Program-made: the position numbers and the translations under genes
Virus record (IMG/VR): IMGVR_UViG_3300042567_001420
Direction: 5' to 3' (one strand)
Origin: a virus
Lineage: Duplodnaviria > Caudoviricetes
DNA length: 64,000 bases
The notes under the pieces: generated by a model
What the model was told of the DNA's origin: nothing
Database searches by the model: none
What the model saw: only the letters and a program-made list of their open reading frames with translations
In this document: one piece after another, positions 8,477 through 18,066 of the stretch
Numbering within the stretch: the stretch's first letter is position 1
Layout of the letters: each line of letters begins with the position of its first letter

Positions 8477-9000
8477 TATAGGTCTCTATTTTCTACAGGA
8501 TCTTCTGTAAGCAATTGAGGTTTAGATTTCTTTGTAGGCTTTGTGCTTACTTCAGAATCTTTAACTTCAATTTTCTTTGGCTTTTTATGTTCTGGAATAA
8601 TACGCTCTAAGAAAATCTTAAGCATACCATTTAACATGGCAGCATCTTGAACTTCAATATGGTCTTCCAAAGCAAATGTACGAGTGAATGCTCTATTAGC
8701 AATACCCTTGAACAAGAAATTATCTTCTTGCTCTGCACCATTTACATTACCTTTAATAATCATTTTGCCATCGGCAAGTTCAATTTCAATATCCTGTCTG
8801 GCAAAACCAGCAACTGCAACTTCAATAACATAAGTTGTATCGCCAGTTTTCTTAATATTATATGGTGGATAATTTGGAATGCTCTTTGTTAGATCATCAT
8901 GAATCTTAGCCATCTTGCTAAATTGATCGTCAAAGCCTACATATAGTTTATCAAAGTCTTTGAACATATCACGGCCAAATATTTGTGGAACAAATGTCAT
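8476..9000 (-). CDS. hsp20: Small heat-shock protein Hsp20 (IbpA-like)
   Basis: NYPPYNI, IEVAVAGF, FLFKGIANRAFTRTF, NGMLKI alpha-crystallin motifs. Confidence 0.96.
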   Translation of the reverse strand: MTFVPQIFGRDMFKDFDKLYVGFDDQFSKMAKIHDDLTKSIPNYPPYNIKKTGDTTYVIEVAVAGFARQDIEIELADGKMIIKGNVNGAEQEDNFLFKGIANRAFTRTFALEDHIEVQDAAMLNGMLKIFLERIIPEHKKPKKIEVKDSEVSTKPTKKSKPQLLTEDPVENRDL

Positions 9001-9227
9001 TTTGATTCTCCCTTTTTACTTGTTTTACCAGTAATCGAATTGGCAAAAGTCTCTGAGGCAATATTCATTACATCGTTAGCAGACTTAGCAACTTGTTTTG
9101 TAAAGACACGTTGTGCTTCTACAAAATCGACTAGAGGTTTTTGAAGGGAATCTTCCTTGACTGTTTGTTTGAGGAAGTTGATTTTGGCGTCTTGAATTGA
9201 ATCGATAGCCATGTTTGCGTAAAACAT
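8997..9227 (-). CDS. Hypothetical helical protein, first gene of the hsp20 operon
   Basis: 76-aa ORF with AGGAG RBS; overlaps the hsp20 start. Confidence 0.75.
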   Translation of the reverse strand: MFYANMAIDSIQDAKINFLKQTVKEDSLQKPLVDFVEAQRVFTKQVAKSANDVMNIASETFANSITGKTSKKGESK

Positions 9228-9419
9228 ATAGTTCTCCTATTAAGCGAGTTTAAAATTTGCTACCCCGAAGGCATAGCGTTAATCCTGCTTACTGACTACA
9301 GGGGTACCATACGTTGTACCAGCTTTAGACGTTCCCAAGGTAGTGGGACTTAAATTAGTTCGGCTTCTGGTTTATACAGCCCACACCGATTGCTGCGTTT
9401 CCCATCCCGGGGATATTAT
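9228..9419 (-). promoter_or_regulatory. Structured 5' leader ending in a ROSE-like RNA-thermometer hairpin
   Basis: CTCGCT-TAAT-AGGAG (9248-9234) pairs the SD with a bulged G (UCGCU motif). Upstream hairpins include GCTATGCC-TTCG-GGGTAGC, TCCCA/TGGGA, GGTAC/GTACC and CCTG/CAGG. Confidence 0.65.
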
Positions 9420-9427
9420 TATTTATA
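9420..9427 (-). promoter_or_regulatory. T4-type late promoter
   Basis: TATAAATA in the intergenic region after regA. Confidence 0.75.
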
Positions 9428-9431
9428 CAGA

Positions 9432-9863
9432 TTATTCATCTGTAGGTTGTTTTTTCTTACCAATATTATACTTTGTTTGTAAAGACCATTCGCTTTTATC
9501 TTTAAAAGCAATTACTTTGATTTGCGACAATGGTGCTAAATCTGTAAATTTATCAGGATCAATAATTTTTACTAGGCCCCAATCTATTAGCAATTTGGCA
9601 ATTGTATTACGTCTTTGTAAATCGTTCTCTGTTAAATCTGCAGTCTTACCATCAAGAGCAAAAAGCTCTTTAAAATGCACAATGAAATATCTACCTTGCT
9701 TATGTAAAATATGGCAGGATTGATACAGTACTTTATCTTTGCGTGATGCTACACCTATGCGTGTGAGAGTTTCTCTGACTTTCAAAAAATCGTCAGGTTG
9801 TGCCATGGTTACTTCCAGCGGGTTGTATCCAGGATAATCAATGTGAAAAATATCTTCAGCCAT
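9432..9863 (-). CDS. regA: Translational repressor RegA
   Basis: VRETLTRIGVASRK...LYQSCHILHKQGRYFIVHFKELFALDG. Confidence 0.96.
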   Translation of the reverse strand: MAEDIFHIDYPGYNPLEVTMAQPDDFLKVRETLTRIGVASRKDKVLYQSCHILHKQGRYFIVHFKELFALDGKTADLTENDLQRRNTIAKLLIDWGLVKIIDPDKFTDLAPLSQIKVIAFKDKSEWSLQTKYNIGKKKQPTDE

Positions 9864-10296
9864 TACGACCACCTTTTATTAGTTTTGTTCTTAAATAATC
9901 TAATTTTGAGTCGTCGAGAAGAGGGAGTACTTGGCGGGCCTTTTCTGTGCTATATCCATAGTATTCTTTTATTACTTCGATCGATTCAATTTTCTCCGCT
10001 TTGATCCATTTGTTGAATCTTTTACGGGGCCTAATAGTATTTATAAGAAACGAAAACTGCATCTTTTTCTCAAGATGTGGTCGCGAATTCATCTCATTCG
10101 CAGGGATTACTGTGTCATGTCCGTAAGATAGTCCTTTATTAATAATAAATGCGTTATACTGTTTCTCCGACCAATCGTCTACGATTAAATTATCTTTGCT
10201 ATAATGAATAGCATTAATAAAGTCAAAGGGGGAAATTGCAGGAGCCTTATATGGAACTTCTGCTGGTTTTTCCACAGGGGTTCCAAACAAACTCAT
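9856..10296 (-). CDS. 62: Clamp loader small subunit gp62
   Basis: PFDFINAI, YNAFIINKGLS, IKEYYGYSTEKA; synteny with gp44 and regA. Confidence 0.9.
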   Translation of the reverse strand: MSLFGTPVEKPAEVPYKAPAISPFDFINAIHYSKDNLIVDDWSEKQYNAFIINKGLSYGHDTVIPANEMNSRPHLEKKMQFSFLINTIRPRKRFNKWIKAEKIESIEVIKEYYGYSTEKARQVLPLLDDSKLDYLRTKLIKGGRNG

Positions 10297-10580
10297 GATA
10301 GCATCCTTATCAATCCTACCGAATCTATTGTTACCAATAACAGGTAGTTAGCCAGCATGCCAAAAGATTTGCGAGTCCAAGCAGCCCAAGCATACATACC
10401 ACAGCCGACGATCCATATAGGGTAAAGAGAAAGTAAGGGCGGATTGGGAACTGTGACAGCCATGGTAATTGAACACCCAATACTAATAGCCCAAGCAAGC
10501 AACTCAACGCAAAAACGAAAGCGATTAGTAATGTAGTCATCTTTGATCCAATCAAATGTAGGTTTTAATAAGTCATTCAT
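10293..10580 (-). CDS. Small 3-TM membrane protein inserted between gp44 and gp62
   Basis: Three hydrophobic segments; start and stop overlap both neighbours. Confidence 0.7.
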   Translation of the reverse strand: MNDLLKPTFDWIKDDYITNRFRFCVELLAWAISIGCSITMAVTVPNPPLLSLYPIWIVGCGMYAWAAWTRKSFGMLANYLLLVTIDSVGLIRMLS

Positions 10581-11518
10581 TTAAATTCAACCGATGCCAT
10601 AATCTCTGTTAAACACGCAACAAGATTAATTTCTTGGTCTGCACAAAATGCCGCTTTATACTGATAGTCTGCAAGCAACAAAACAAGTTGTGGAACTTGA
10701 ACAACGGAATCTAATAGGGTATCGTATATTTTTCTAAAAAGAGTTTGCGGATCGTTATCTAGATTGTTAACAACCCAGGTACGCATCTTTTTCCAATCTT
10801 TGTCTTTGAGAGCAGAGATAAGGTCTTGCATATTAACCTCACCCATATTAACAAGAATGCCCTCATCAATTTTACCCGAAGATGCATAACGCTGTAACTC
10901 ATTAAGTACACGACGGTAATCGGGAAAATGTTTCTCAAGAACTTTTGCTACAACTTTAGGGTCGGCTTCGACCTTTTCGTTTGCCAAGATTTCATTAACA
11001 CGTTTAAAGAAACGAGCAGCAATCTTAGGACGCTCTTCTTTACCAATTTTAAATTCGATTACCGCACATCGAGAATGAAGCGGAGGAATAATACGATTTT
11101 TAAAATTACAAGTAAAAATAAATCTGCAATTTGCTGAGAATTCTTCAATGAATGCTCGCAATGCAGGTTGTGTAGAATTAGGGTTTAGATAATCAGCCTC
11201 GTCTAGAATAACAACTTTAGTCTTGCCACTAAAGGATACTGTAGATGCGAACTGTTTGATTTTAGTTCTAAGAACATCAATACCAGATTCTTCTGAACCG
11301 TTAATGATGATATAGTCTGTACCTAGTTCTTCACACAATGCTCGGGCAATAGTAGTCTTGCCCACACCGGCCGAACCACACAATAGCATGTTTTGTATTT
11401 CATCTTTTTCAACCATGTCCTGAAAGACCTTCTTTTGGTCTACAGGTAAAATACATTCATCTAGTTTACGAGGGCGATACTTTTCAACCCACAAAAATTG
11501 ATCTTCACGAAATTCCAT
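10577..11518 (-). CDS. 44: Clamp loader large subunit gp44
   Basis: LWVEKYRP, GSAGVGKT, DEAD, SRC, FPDYRR. Confidence 0.97.
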   Translation of the reverse strand: MEFREDQFLWVEKYRPRKLDECILPVDQKKVFQDMVEKDEIQNMLLCGSAGVGKTTIARALCEELGTDYIIINGSEESGIDVLRTKIKQFASTVSFSGKTKVVILDEADYLNPNSTQPALRAFIEEFSANCRFIFTCNFKNRIIPPLHSRCAVIEFKIGKEERPKIAARFFKRVNEILANEKVEADPKVVAKVLEKHFPDYRRVLNELQRYASSGKIDEGILVNMGEVNMQDLISALKDKDWKKMRTWVVNNLDNDPQTLFRKIYDTLLDSVVQVPQLVLLLADYQYKAAFCADQEINLVACLTEIMASVEFK

Positions 11519-11546
11519 AATAACTCCATAATATTAAAATTGCGTA

Positions 11547-12218
11547 TTAACGCAGCCAGTTTCGATTGAACAACGAATCTGGATTACTTACAATGTCGGT
11601 AGGGACCCCGACTTTTTCAATCAAATCATTTCTAATGTAGATATTGTTTCCTGTATGCATAACTAAAGTATATCCCTTTTCTTTAGCAACTTCGTTTGTT
11701 GCGGAGAATGTATTACCGCCCGGCAATCCATCTTGTCGTATAGATTCGGGATCTCCATTGCGCCATACAATCCCAGGTGCAATACTACTATTAACTTCGA
11801 TAACTACAATCTTAGGAGAATATTCTTTAAGTGATTCCCACACAGCAAGATCATACGAATCAATATCAATTGATATACATTCAAAATCTTTAGGTATAGG
11901 TGTTCTTTTTAAAATATTATCTAGACTATTTTCGTCTGCGGGATTGTGTGATACAAATGCTTCAATTGGAATAATTTTTTTATAAAATTTAGCTGTATTA
12001 TTTAAATCAGGAATTTTTTCACTTGCACCTTCTACAAACACACCGTGCATACCTTTTTTTACAAGATTGTATGTATTACTATACAGTATACCATCCCATG
12101 CACCAATGTCTACACACCAAGAGGTGTTATAATCAACATCTAACCTATGAAGAATTTCTTCGATAATTCCATCTTCTCCATTTTGAGAATGAACATTTTT
12201 ATTATAATTTCCAAACAT
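11547..12218 (-). CDS. FkbM-like SAM-dependent methyltransferase
   Basis: SQNGEDGII, VDIGAWDG, SIDIDSYD, VIEVN. Confidence 0.7.
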   Translation of the reverse strand: MFGNYNKNVHSQNGEDGIIEEILHRLDVDYNTSWCVDIGAWDGILYSNTYNLVKKGMHGVFVEGASEKIPDLNNTAKFYKKIIPIEAFVSHNPADENSLDNILKRTPIPKDFECISIDIDSYDLAVWESLKEYSPKIVVIEVNSSIAPGIVWRNGDPESIRQDGLPGGNTFSATNEVAKEKGYTLVMHTGNNIYIRNDLIEKVGVPTDIVSNPDSLFNRNWLR

Positions 12219-12219
12219 T

Positions 12220-12876
12220 TTATATTACCGAATCGGGTTCCATTGCAATAAAATATTCTAATGGCTTTGTAGCGTTTTTAAAGTGGAACAATTTCTTTTT
12301 AGCAACTGTTACTGCATAAGCATCGGGAATGATCTTAAAGTTTTCAACTGCCATATGACATTCAAATGTTGCATCTGATGCTCCGATTGTCTTTTTATAA
12401 GTGTTTGCAGTATCATTTTTCTTATCACCAATGGTCAATGTAACTTGTCCATTTTTGCTAATAACAGAAATTGTAGGTGCTGCTGTAATTGCGGCTGCCT
12501 TCATAATCATGTTAACATCTTCAGATGATAGATTGAATTTAAAGTGTTCGTCAATCTCAATGTTCTTATCGGGTGCTGCTACAATAACGCTTGCGTTAGA
12601 ATAGAAGTATTCAAATTTACCATTGTCTTTAGAGATAGTCAAAGACTTTTCGCCAAAATCAACTTGCTGATTCTCCATCAATGTTAACAATGCCAACAAT
12701 GAATTCAAATCATAAACAGGAACTTCTACTGGGAAGTCTTCGTTAACTGTTACACGCGCAAATATATTCTTTGCTGTGCTGATTGTAGATAACGTCTGAC
12801 CTTTACGGATCAAGATGTTACTATTAATTGCGGCGAAGTTCTTTAAGAACTGGATTGTTTCATTACTAAATTGCAT
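12220..12876 (-). CDS. 45: Sliding clamp gp45
   Basis: LKNFAAINSNIL, YDLNSLL, YFIAME. Confidence 0.95.
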   Translation of the reverse strand: MQFSNETIQFLKNFAAINSNILIRKGQTLSTISTAKNIFARVTVNEDFPVEVPVYDLNSLLALLTLMENQQVDFGEKSLTISKDNGKFEYFYSNASVIVAAPDKNIEIDEHFKFNLSSEDVNMIMKAAAITAAPTISVISKNGQVTLTIGDKKNDTANTYKKTIGASDATFECHMAVENFKIIPDAYAVTVAKKKLFHFKNATKPLEYFIAMEPDSVI

Positions 12877-12915
12877 AATATCTCCTAAATTGCAATATCA
12901 TTTACATAAAAATAT

Positions 12916-12944
12916 ATTATAACACCTATGTGCGTATAAGTCTA
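12916..12944 (-). promoter_or_regulatory. sigma70-type promoter for the gp45 operon
   Basis: TAGACT-N17-TATAAT with extended -10 TG. Confidence 0.7.
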
Positions 12945-12946
12945 TA

Positions 12947-13822
12947 CTATTTCCCATACATAGCCATCATTTTTTCATAGGTCTCTGTTAGACCTTCTTC
13001 CAAATTATATTTCGGTTCCCATTCAATTAATTTCTTAATCAATGTATTGTCCGAAACAAATTGCATATGTCCAGTTGCTGGACCGTCACCTATTTCAATT
13101 TTAATTCCAGAAAGTTTTTCTAAAATTTTAACAACATCACTTATGGAATGCATTTGACCTGTAGCAACATTAACGGGACCTGTATAATCAGTATCCAATA
13201 ATTTTACAATTGCGTCAGAAGCATCTGCAGTATAAATAAAATCTCGCTGTGGTCTTAAATTTAATACTCGTGCTTTTTTACGAATAACCAAACCTTCAAC
13301 TAATTGATTAACCAAATCTGGTCTATCTAATGCTGTAGTTGGTCCGTAAATGTTTGTTAATCTCACAATGATGTTAGGTACATCAGAATAAAATTTTGCC
13401 ACTTCTTCGCCTAAGAACTTACTGAAAATGTATTCATTCTGATAAGTACTTAATGGTTGTGATTCGTCAACCGGCAAAGTCATTTTACTGCGATCATATA
13501 AAAGAATAGAACTAAAACTTAATAGCTTTTTAATTGGTCTATTCTTGAAATATGCAAATACCTTTTTCAACGGTATTACATTCTTTTCAATCGCTAACAT
13601 ATTCTGACAATTTAATTCTGTATGATTAGAACTACCAATCATCATAATCACTTTATCAAAATCTAATTTGTCTAGAACTTCAGGTAGATGCTCCAATGTA
13701 GGACAATCCACGTGCTTCATTCCTGTTGCAGGTTTTGTGCGACCAACAGAAACAATATCAGGATATTTTTCTAATATTTGTGGGCCTAGAAACCCGCTTG
13801 AACCTAGAAGAATAGTGCTCAT
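12947..13822 (-). CDS. Extended SDR NAD-dependent epimerase/reductase
   Basis: GSSGFLG, YIFSK (YxxxK), RLTNIYGP, RDFIY. Confidence 0.88.
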   Translation of the reverse strand: MSTILLGSSGFLGPQILEKYPDIVSVGRTKPATGMKHVDCPTLEHLPEVLDKLDFDKVIMMIGSSNHTELNCQNMLAIEKNVIPLKKVFAYFKNRPIKKLLSFSSILLYDRSKMTLPVDESQPLSTYQNEYIFSKFLGEEVAKFYSDVPNIIVRLTNIYGPTTALDRPDLVNQLVEGLVIRKKARVLNLRPQRDFIYTADASDAIVKLLDTDYTGPVNVATGQMHSISDVVKILEKLSGIKIEIGDGPATGHMQFVSDNTLIKKLIEWEPKYNLEEGLTETYEKMMAMYGK

Positions 13823-14136
13823 TTATTTACCTTACGTATTTCAAAATTATCAGCATTGCCTTCGCCTGTTTCAAGATCATGCACATATAACAACATCAAT
13901 GCGTAGTGTAAAACCTTTAACAAGTCTTGTCTGTTACGACCAGCTTTTTTGCCATATCTTTGGACGTATTTCATTACATTGCCTGCAGTAAATCCTACAC
14001 CATGCCCATTATCAATAATAAACTCGGATGCTTGGAATCTATTCATTGAATAATGTTGTCCATATGTTGCATCAATGTATTCTTGAAACTCTTTAATTAA
14101 CCCACCCTCATTATATTTGTAGTCTATTTCTGCCAT
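13819..14136 (-). CDS. Conserved T4-like phage protein (DUF3310-like)
   Basis: YIDATYGQHY, GNVMKYVQRYGKK, DLLKVLHYA. Confidence 0.65.
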   Translation of the reverse strand: MAEIDYKYNEGGLIKEFQEYIDATYGQHYSMNRFQASEFIIDNGHGVGFTAGNVMKYVQRYGKKAGRNRQDLLKVLHYALMLLYVHDLETGEGNADNFEIRKVNK

Positions 14137-14849
14137 GGTAGCTCTCCATTATATTTTTGTTTCATTATTTCATTACCTTGCAGGAAAAATTTAGCTTGAA
14201 CCGAATCTGCTCTATTTCCTGCTCGGTAGTTTACAGTATACTTTCCCGTCACCTCACATGCTATTTTATTATCTTTTAGCGTGTACGTCAATGCTCGATC
14301 TACTTCAGGTTGATCGTCTGGATGTCTTGCACGTCTATACCAAATAGGACTTAATTGAAGCGCAAGAGGTTTGGTGAAGAAGAAACAATTAACATCTACA
14401 AAATAATCTCTAATAACCGATTCCCAATTACACAGACTTTCGCAATCATCATTACAAATGAACTTACCTTCGTTATCTACAATCTTACGCAAGGTTGCTG
14501 CCCATTGATTATCTTTTACAGTATCAAGCAATACTTCCACATGTTCTGGCTCTAGCCAGTTATCTTCATCTAGGTAACCAATGTAATCACCTTTTGCAAT
14601 GTGGGTAAATCCGCCATAGATTCGGTGACCATTATATTGTTCTTTACCTGTAGCATAAGGCAAAACAACCATATCTATATTTGGAAAATCGTGCTCTGCT
14701 AATATAGCAGCAACCTTCTCAAAATGTTCCTCACCATCAACAACAATTAGATGCTGAATATCTTTATGTGTTTGCAATTGAACCGATTTAATATTATCGT
14801 GAAGATAATTAGAACCAGTTGTTGCTGTTATAATAGTCACTTCACTCAT
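14124..14849 (-). CDS. Glycosyltransferase family 2
   Basis: VTIITATTG, IVVDG, YLDEDN. Confidence 0.85.
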   Translation of the reverse strand: MSEVTIITATTGSNYLHDNIKSVQLQTHKDIQHLIVVDGEEHFEKVAAILAEHDFPNIDMVVLPYATGKEQYNGHRIYGGFTHIAKGDYIGYLDEDNWLEPEHVEVLLDTVKDNQWAATLRKIVDNEGKFICNDDCESLCNWESVIRDYFVDVNCFFFTKPLALQLSPIWYRRARHPDDQPEVDRALTYTLKDNKIACEVTGKYTVNYRAGNRADSVQAKFFLQGNEIMKQKYNGELPWQK

Positions 14850-15640
14850 CGTTTTCCCTCAAAATAATTTCTATATGTTCTTGCAAGATATTGTCTATTG
14901 CGTTCCTGTATTTGTCCCATCTTAGAATTAACTTCTGTTTCAGCCTTTTCTCTTGTAGAACCCCAATCAACATCGCTTCTATATTTTAAAGCATATACAC
15001 CATTGCGATATCCATTCATATTCATACGAATACTAAAATCTTGGCAGTCGTAACCGCAAGGAGCAAGATCGTCATTGTAGAATCCTACCTCCTGATAACG
15101 CTTCCATAGAACGCAAGTAGGACTTCTAATAACTGCTTCAGCTTCAACTAAATCACCGTGTTTAATTTCCCGAAAATGTTTTAGACCTAATTGTTTCCAA
15201 TGTCCAAATTCAGACTCTGCAAAGTTATATTCAGATATACCATCACCCGCTAATTGCATACTGATACCCAATCTAAAAGACATGTATCCTAAATCAGTAT
15301 ATTCCTCAAACAAATTAGTAAATAGTATATCAATATTTTCTTCTTCAATAATTACATCGTCTTGTACTGTGAATATTAAATCATTTGGGTTGGGATTGCA
15401 ATTATCTCTAATATATGATAGACCAATATTTAAACTTTTAATCTCATGAACATTCGGGGCATGCAATAAAACAATATTTGGATTGTTATAGCTCTTAATA
15501 ACTTCTTCGCTTTTATCAGTGCATCCATCAATAATAAAAATTGCAGTATATTTACCTGCAACAGATTGCGCAATTCCTTCAAGTACTTTCCCAATCATAT
15601 TCTCTTTATTGAATACGGGAGTAATAAAATAGCTTTTCAT
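14846..15640 (-). CDS. Glycosyltransferase family 2
   Basis: ITPVFNKE, IIDGCTD, VQDD. Confidence 0.85.
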   Translation of the reverse strand: MKSYFITPVFNKENMIGKVLEGIAQSVAGKYTAIFIIDGCTDKSEEVIKSYNNPNIVLLHAPNVHEIKSLNIGLSYIRDNCNPNPNDLIFTVQDDVIIEEENIDILFTNLFEEYTDLGYMSFRLGISMQLAGDGISEYNFAESEFGHWKQLGLKHFREIKHGDLVEAEAVIRSPTCVLWKRYQEVGFYNDDLAPCGYDCQDFSIRMNMNGYRNGVYALKYRSDVDWGSTREKAETEVNSKMGQIQERNRQYLARTYRNYFEGKR

Positions 15641-16335
15641 TTTGTTAAAATGCCTTTGTTAAATTTAAATTCTTTAGAGGTATTTTTAGGGTCAAATCCT
15701 GCGCATTCCGCTAAAGTTGGCGGATACAACGGCATATCATTTTCGTCATATCCGTTGCCACAAAAATCATATGGATTAACTAATTGTGTTCTTGTTTCTT
15801 TGAACCATCCATCTTTCATGCAATGAATCATTGCATCGTCTTTAACTAATGGCCAAATTACATCTCTTAAAAATATTTGATCGCCCACATAATAATTCAT
15901 CTGAGATGTATAAGAATTTAATAAATTTAATATAGGAGTTCCAAATTTACCCTTGTATCCAAATGCGCATCCGATAATAGGGAATTCAAAATGTGCTTCG
16001 TGATCTCGGAATGTGTGGAATTTTTCATTAGATTGCAACCATTGATTGACTGCTTGATGTTCTCTGAAAGTAATTCTACTATCCGAGTCTCTGACAATTA
16101 CAATATTAGATTCATCCTCAAACATTGCTCTGAACCTCCAGAACATACCATATGTTCCATCAGTTACTTCTATAATGTTAGCATCTGTTAGATTAGAAAA
16201 TTTATTTTTATCATCAGTATAAATTCTAAATTCCCAATCAGGATAATATTTCTTTGCTAATTCATACTGACGATTTGCGCCAACGATATATCTGGGATCA
16301 TTTCCCCAAACACTTAATGATATAATTTTTACCAT
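15637..16335 (-). CDS. Putative glycosyltransferase or glycan-modifying protein
   Basis: ISLSVWG..PRY, MFWRF, VRDSDSR (DxD-like), DQIFL; lies within the glycan operon. Confidence 0.6.
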   Translation of the reverse strand: MVKIISLSVWGNDPRYIVGANRQYELAKKYYPDWEFRIYTDDKNKFSNLTDANIIEVTDGTYGMFWRFRAMFEDESNIVIVRDSDSRITFREHQAVNQWLQSNEKFHTFRDHEAHFEFPIIGCAFGYKGKFGTPILNLLNSYTSQMNYYVGDQIFLRDVIWPLVKDDAMIHCMKDGWFKETRTQLVNPYDFCGNGYDENDMPLYPPTLAECAGFDPKNTSKEFKFNKGILTK

Positions 16336-17279
16336 ATAAAATTCTTTTTATAGTATTCCACAATCTCAACTAATGAATCTTTAAACTCTGCTTCTGGTTT
16401 CCAACCCAATGCTTTTAATTTAGAATCATCTATAGCATATCTAACATCTTGGCCGACACGCTTTTCTGAAAAATCCATAAATTCTGTATAGTGGATAACA
16501 TTCCAATTAAAGAATAAATCAACTAAATGTTTAGCAACAATAATATTTTGTTCCTCATAATTGCCTGATATATTGTAGGTTTCGTTAACTGTTCCCGATT
16601 CAATAATTTTTAATACTGCAGTTGCTGTATCGGATACGTGCAACCAAGTTCTTCTAGGAGATCCGTTGTCATGCATAATAATAGGTCTACCTAGAGATAA
16701 ATTTTTAATTGCTTTAGGAATAAACTTCTCAACATATTGACCAATTCCATAATTATTAGTTGGTCTAACAATTACATAGGGAACATCATATGTTCTTGCC
16801 CATGCTGTTACCAACATATCAGCTGCAGCTTTTGTCGCTGAATACGGATTGCTTGGTTTTAATAAATCTGTTTCAGTATGAAACCCATCTACGATATCCC
16901 CATACACTTCATCTGTACTAAAGTGTAATAATATTGGTCTACGAGCTTTTGGTATAGCTTTAATTAGTTCTAGTATTTTATGGACACCGTTGATGTTGCT
17001 TCTAAGGAAAACATCTGAACTAACAATACTATTGTCGACGTGTGTTTCAGCTGCGGTATTAATAAAATAATCGCAGTCATGAAGTCTGTCTAGATCATTA
17101 ATATCCAATTCTAAAAATTTGAATTTTGGATACTTTAATAAGTCTGGAAGTAAATTTAGATTGCTCGCATATGTTTTACTATCTATCCCTAAAACATGAT
17201 ACCCCGCATCTAAACATTTTTTGGTTACATGATAACCTATAAATCCAATGCACCCTGTAACATAAACAACTTTAGTCAT
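16329..17279 (-). CDS. rmlB: dTDP-glucose 4,6-dehydratase (RmlB/RfbB-like)
   Basis: GCIGFIG, AAETHVDNSI, STDEVYG, PYSATKA, DVRYAID. Confidence 0.9.
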   Translation of the reverse strand: MTKVVYVTGCIGFIGYHVTKKCLDAGYHVLGIDSKTYASNLNLLPDLLKYPKFKFLELDINDLDRLHDCDYFINTAAETHVDNSIVSSDVFLRSNINGVHKILELIKAIPKARRPILLHFSTDEVYGDIVDGFHTETDLLKPSNPYSATKAAADMLVTAWARTYDVPYVIVRPTNNYGIGQYVEKFIPKAIKNLSLGRPIIMHDNGSPRRTWLHVSDTATAVLKIIESGTVNETYNISGNYEEQNIIVAKHLVDLFFNWNVIHYTEFMDFSEKRVGQDVRYAIDDSKLKALGWKPEAEFKDSLVEIVEYYKKNFIW

Positions 17280-18054
17280 TATAAACTTTCAATCCATGTC
17301 CAATGCCATACAACTTCAATCCTCCGAACTCTTCTAGAGTACTGATATCAACTGGATGGCCTATATATTTTTCATCACTTGTAGATTCAACTACAAATCT
17401 TTTCTCTATATTATTTATATCGCAGTACATCCCCAAAAATTCACTTAGGGTAATTTTGTTCCGATATACACAATCTATATCATTACCTACTAACCAATCG
17501 CTAGTGGCATAATTATTCAATGAATAATCAATAACATTGTATAAATCTTGTACTGAAAAATAGTCGAATTCGCGATCATTCTTTATTTTAAATTCACCTT
17601 CGGTTGCATTGTATTGTTTTAACAATCTATGCGAGGGTTCACCTGCACCAAAACATCCATATATTCTTAGTGTCAGATACTTAGGACCAAAACACAAATT
17701 CTTAATTAATCTTTTGGAAAATACATACGCATTTCTTGCATTGGTTTTTTCAATGCCAGAACCCAAATTAATATAAAATTTAAATTTATCCTCATTAGTA
17801 TAGAAGTTATAGAACAATGACATGTTCTTGCCAACATTCGAAGCATTGTTTTCGTGTAGTTCTGTTTTGCCGCCGAAGGTTAAACAATTAATAACAACAT
17901 CGGGACGAAGAACATCTAATATCTTTGTAACTGTTTGATTATCTAAAAGATCTATCTCATTTTTATAGATAGGAATAACTTCATGTTTTTTAGATAATAA
18001 CGGAACGATATATGAGCCAACAAATCCGCCGGCGCCTACAACTAATATTTTCAT
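17272..18054 (-). CDS. Extended SDR NAD-dependent epimerase/reductase
   Basis: GAGGFVG, YVFSK, REFDYF. Confidence 0.82.
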   Translation of the reverse strand: MKILVVGAGGFVGSYIVPLLSKKHEVIPIYKNEIDLLDNQTVTKILDVLRPDVVINCLTFGGKTELHENNASNVGKNMSLFYNFYTNEDKFKFYINLGSGIEKTNARNAYVFSKRLIKNLCFGPKYLTLRIYGCFGAGEPSHRLLKQYNATEGEFKIKNDREFDYFSVQDLYNVIDYSLNNYATSDWLVGNDIDCVYRNKITLSEFLGMYCDINNIEKRFVVESTSDEKYIGHPVDISTLEEFGGLKLYGIGHGLKVYND

Positions 18055-18066
18055 AAAATACTCAAT

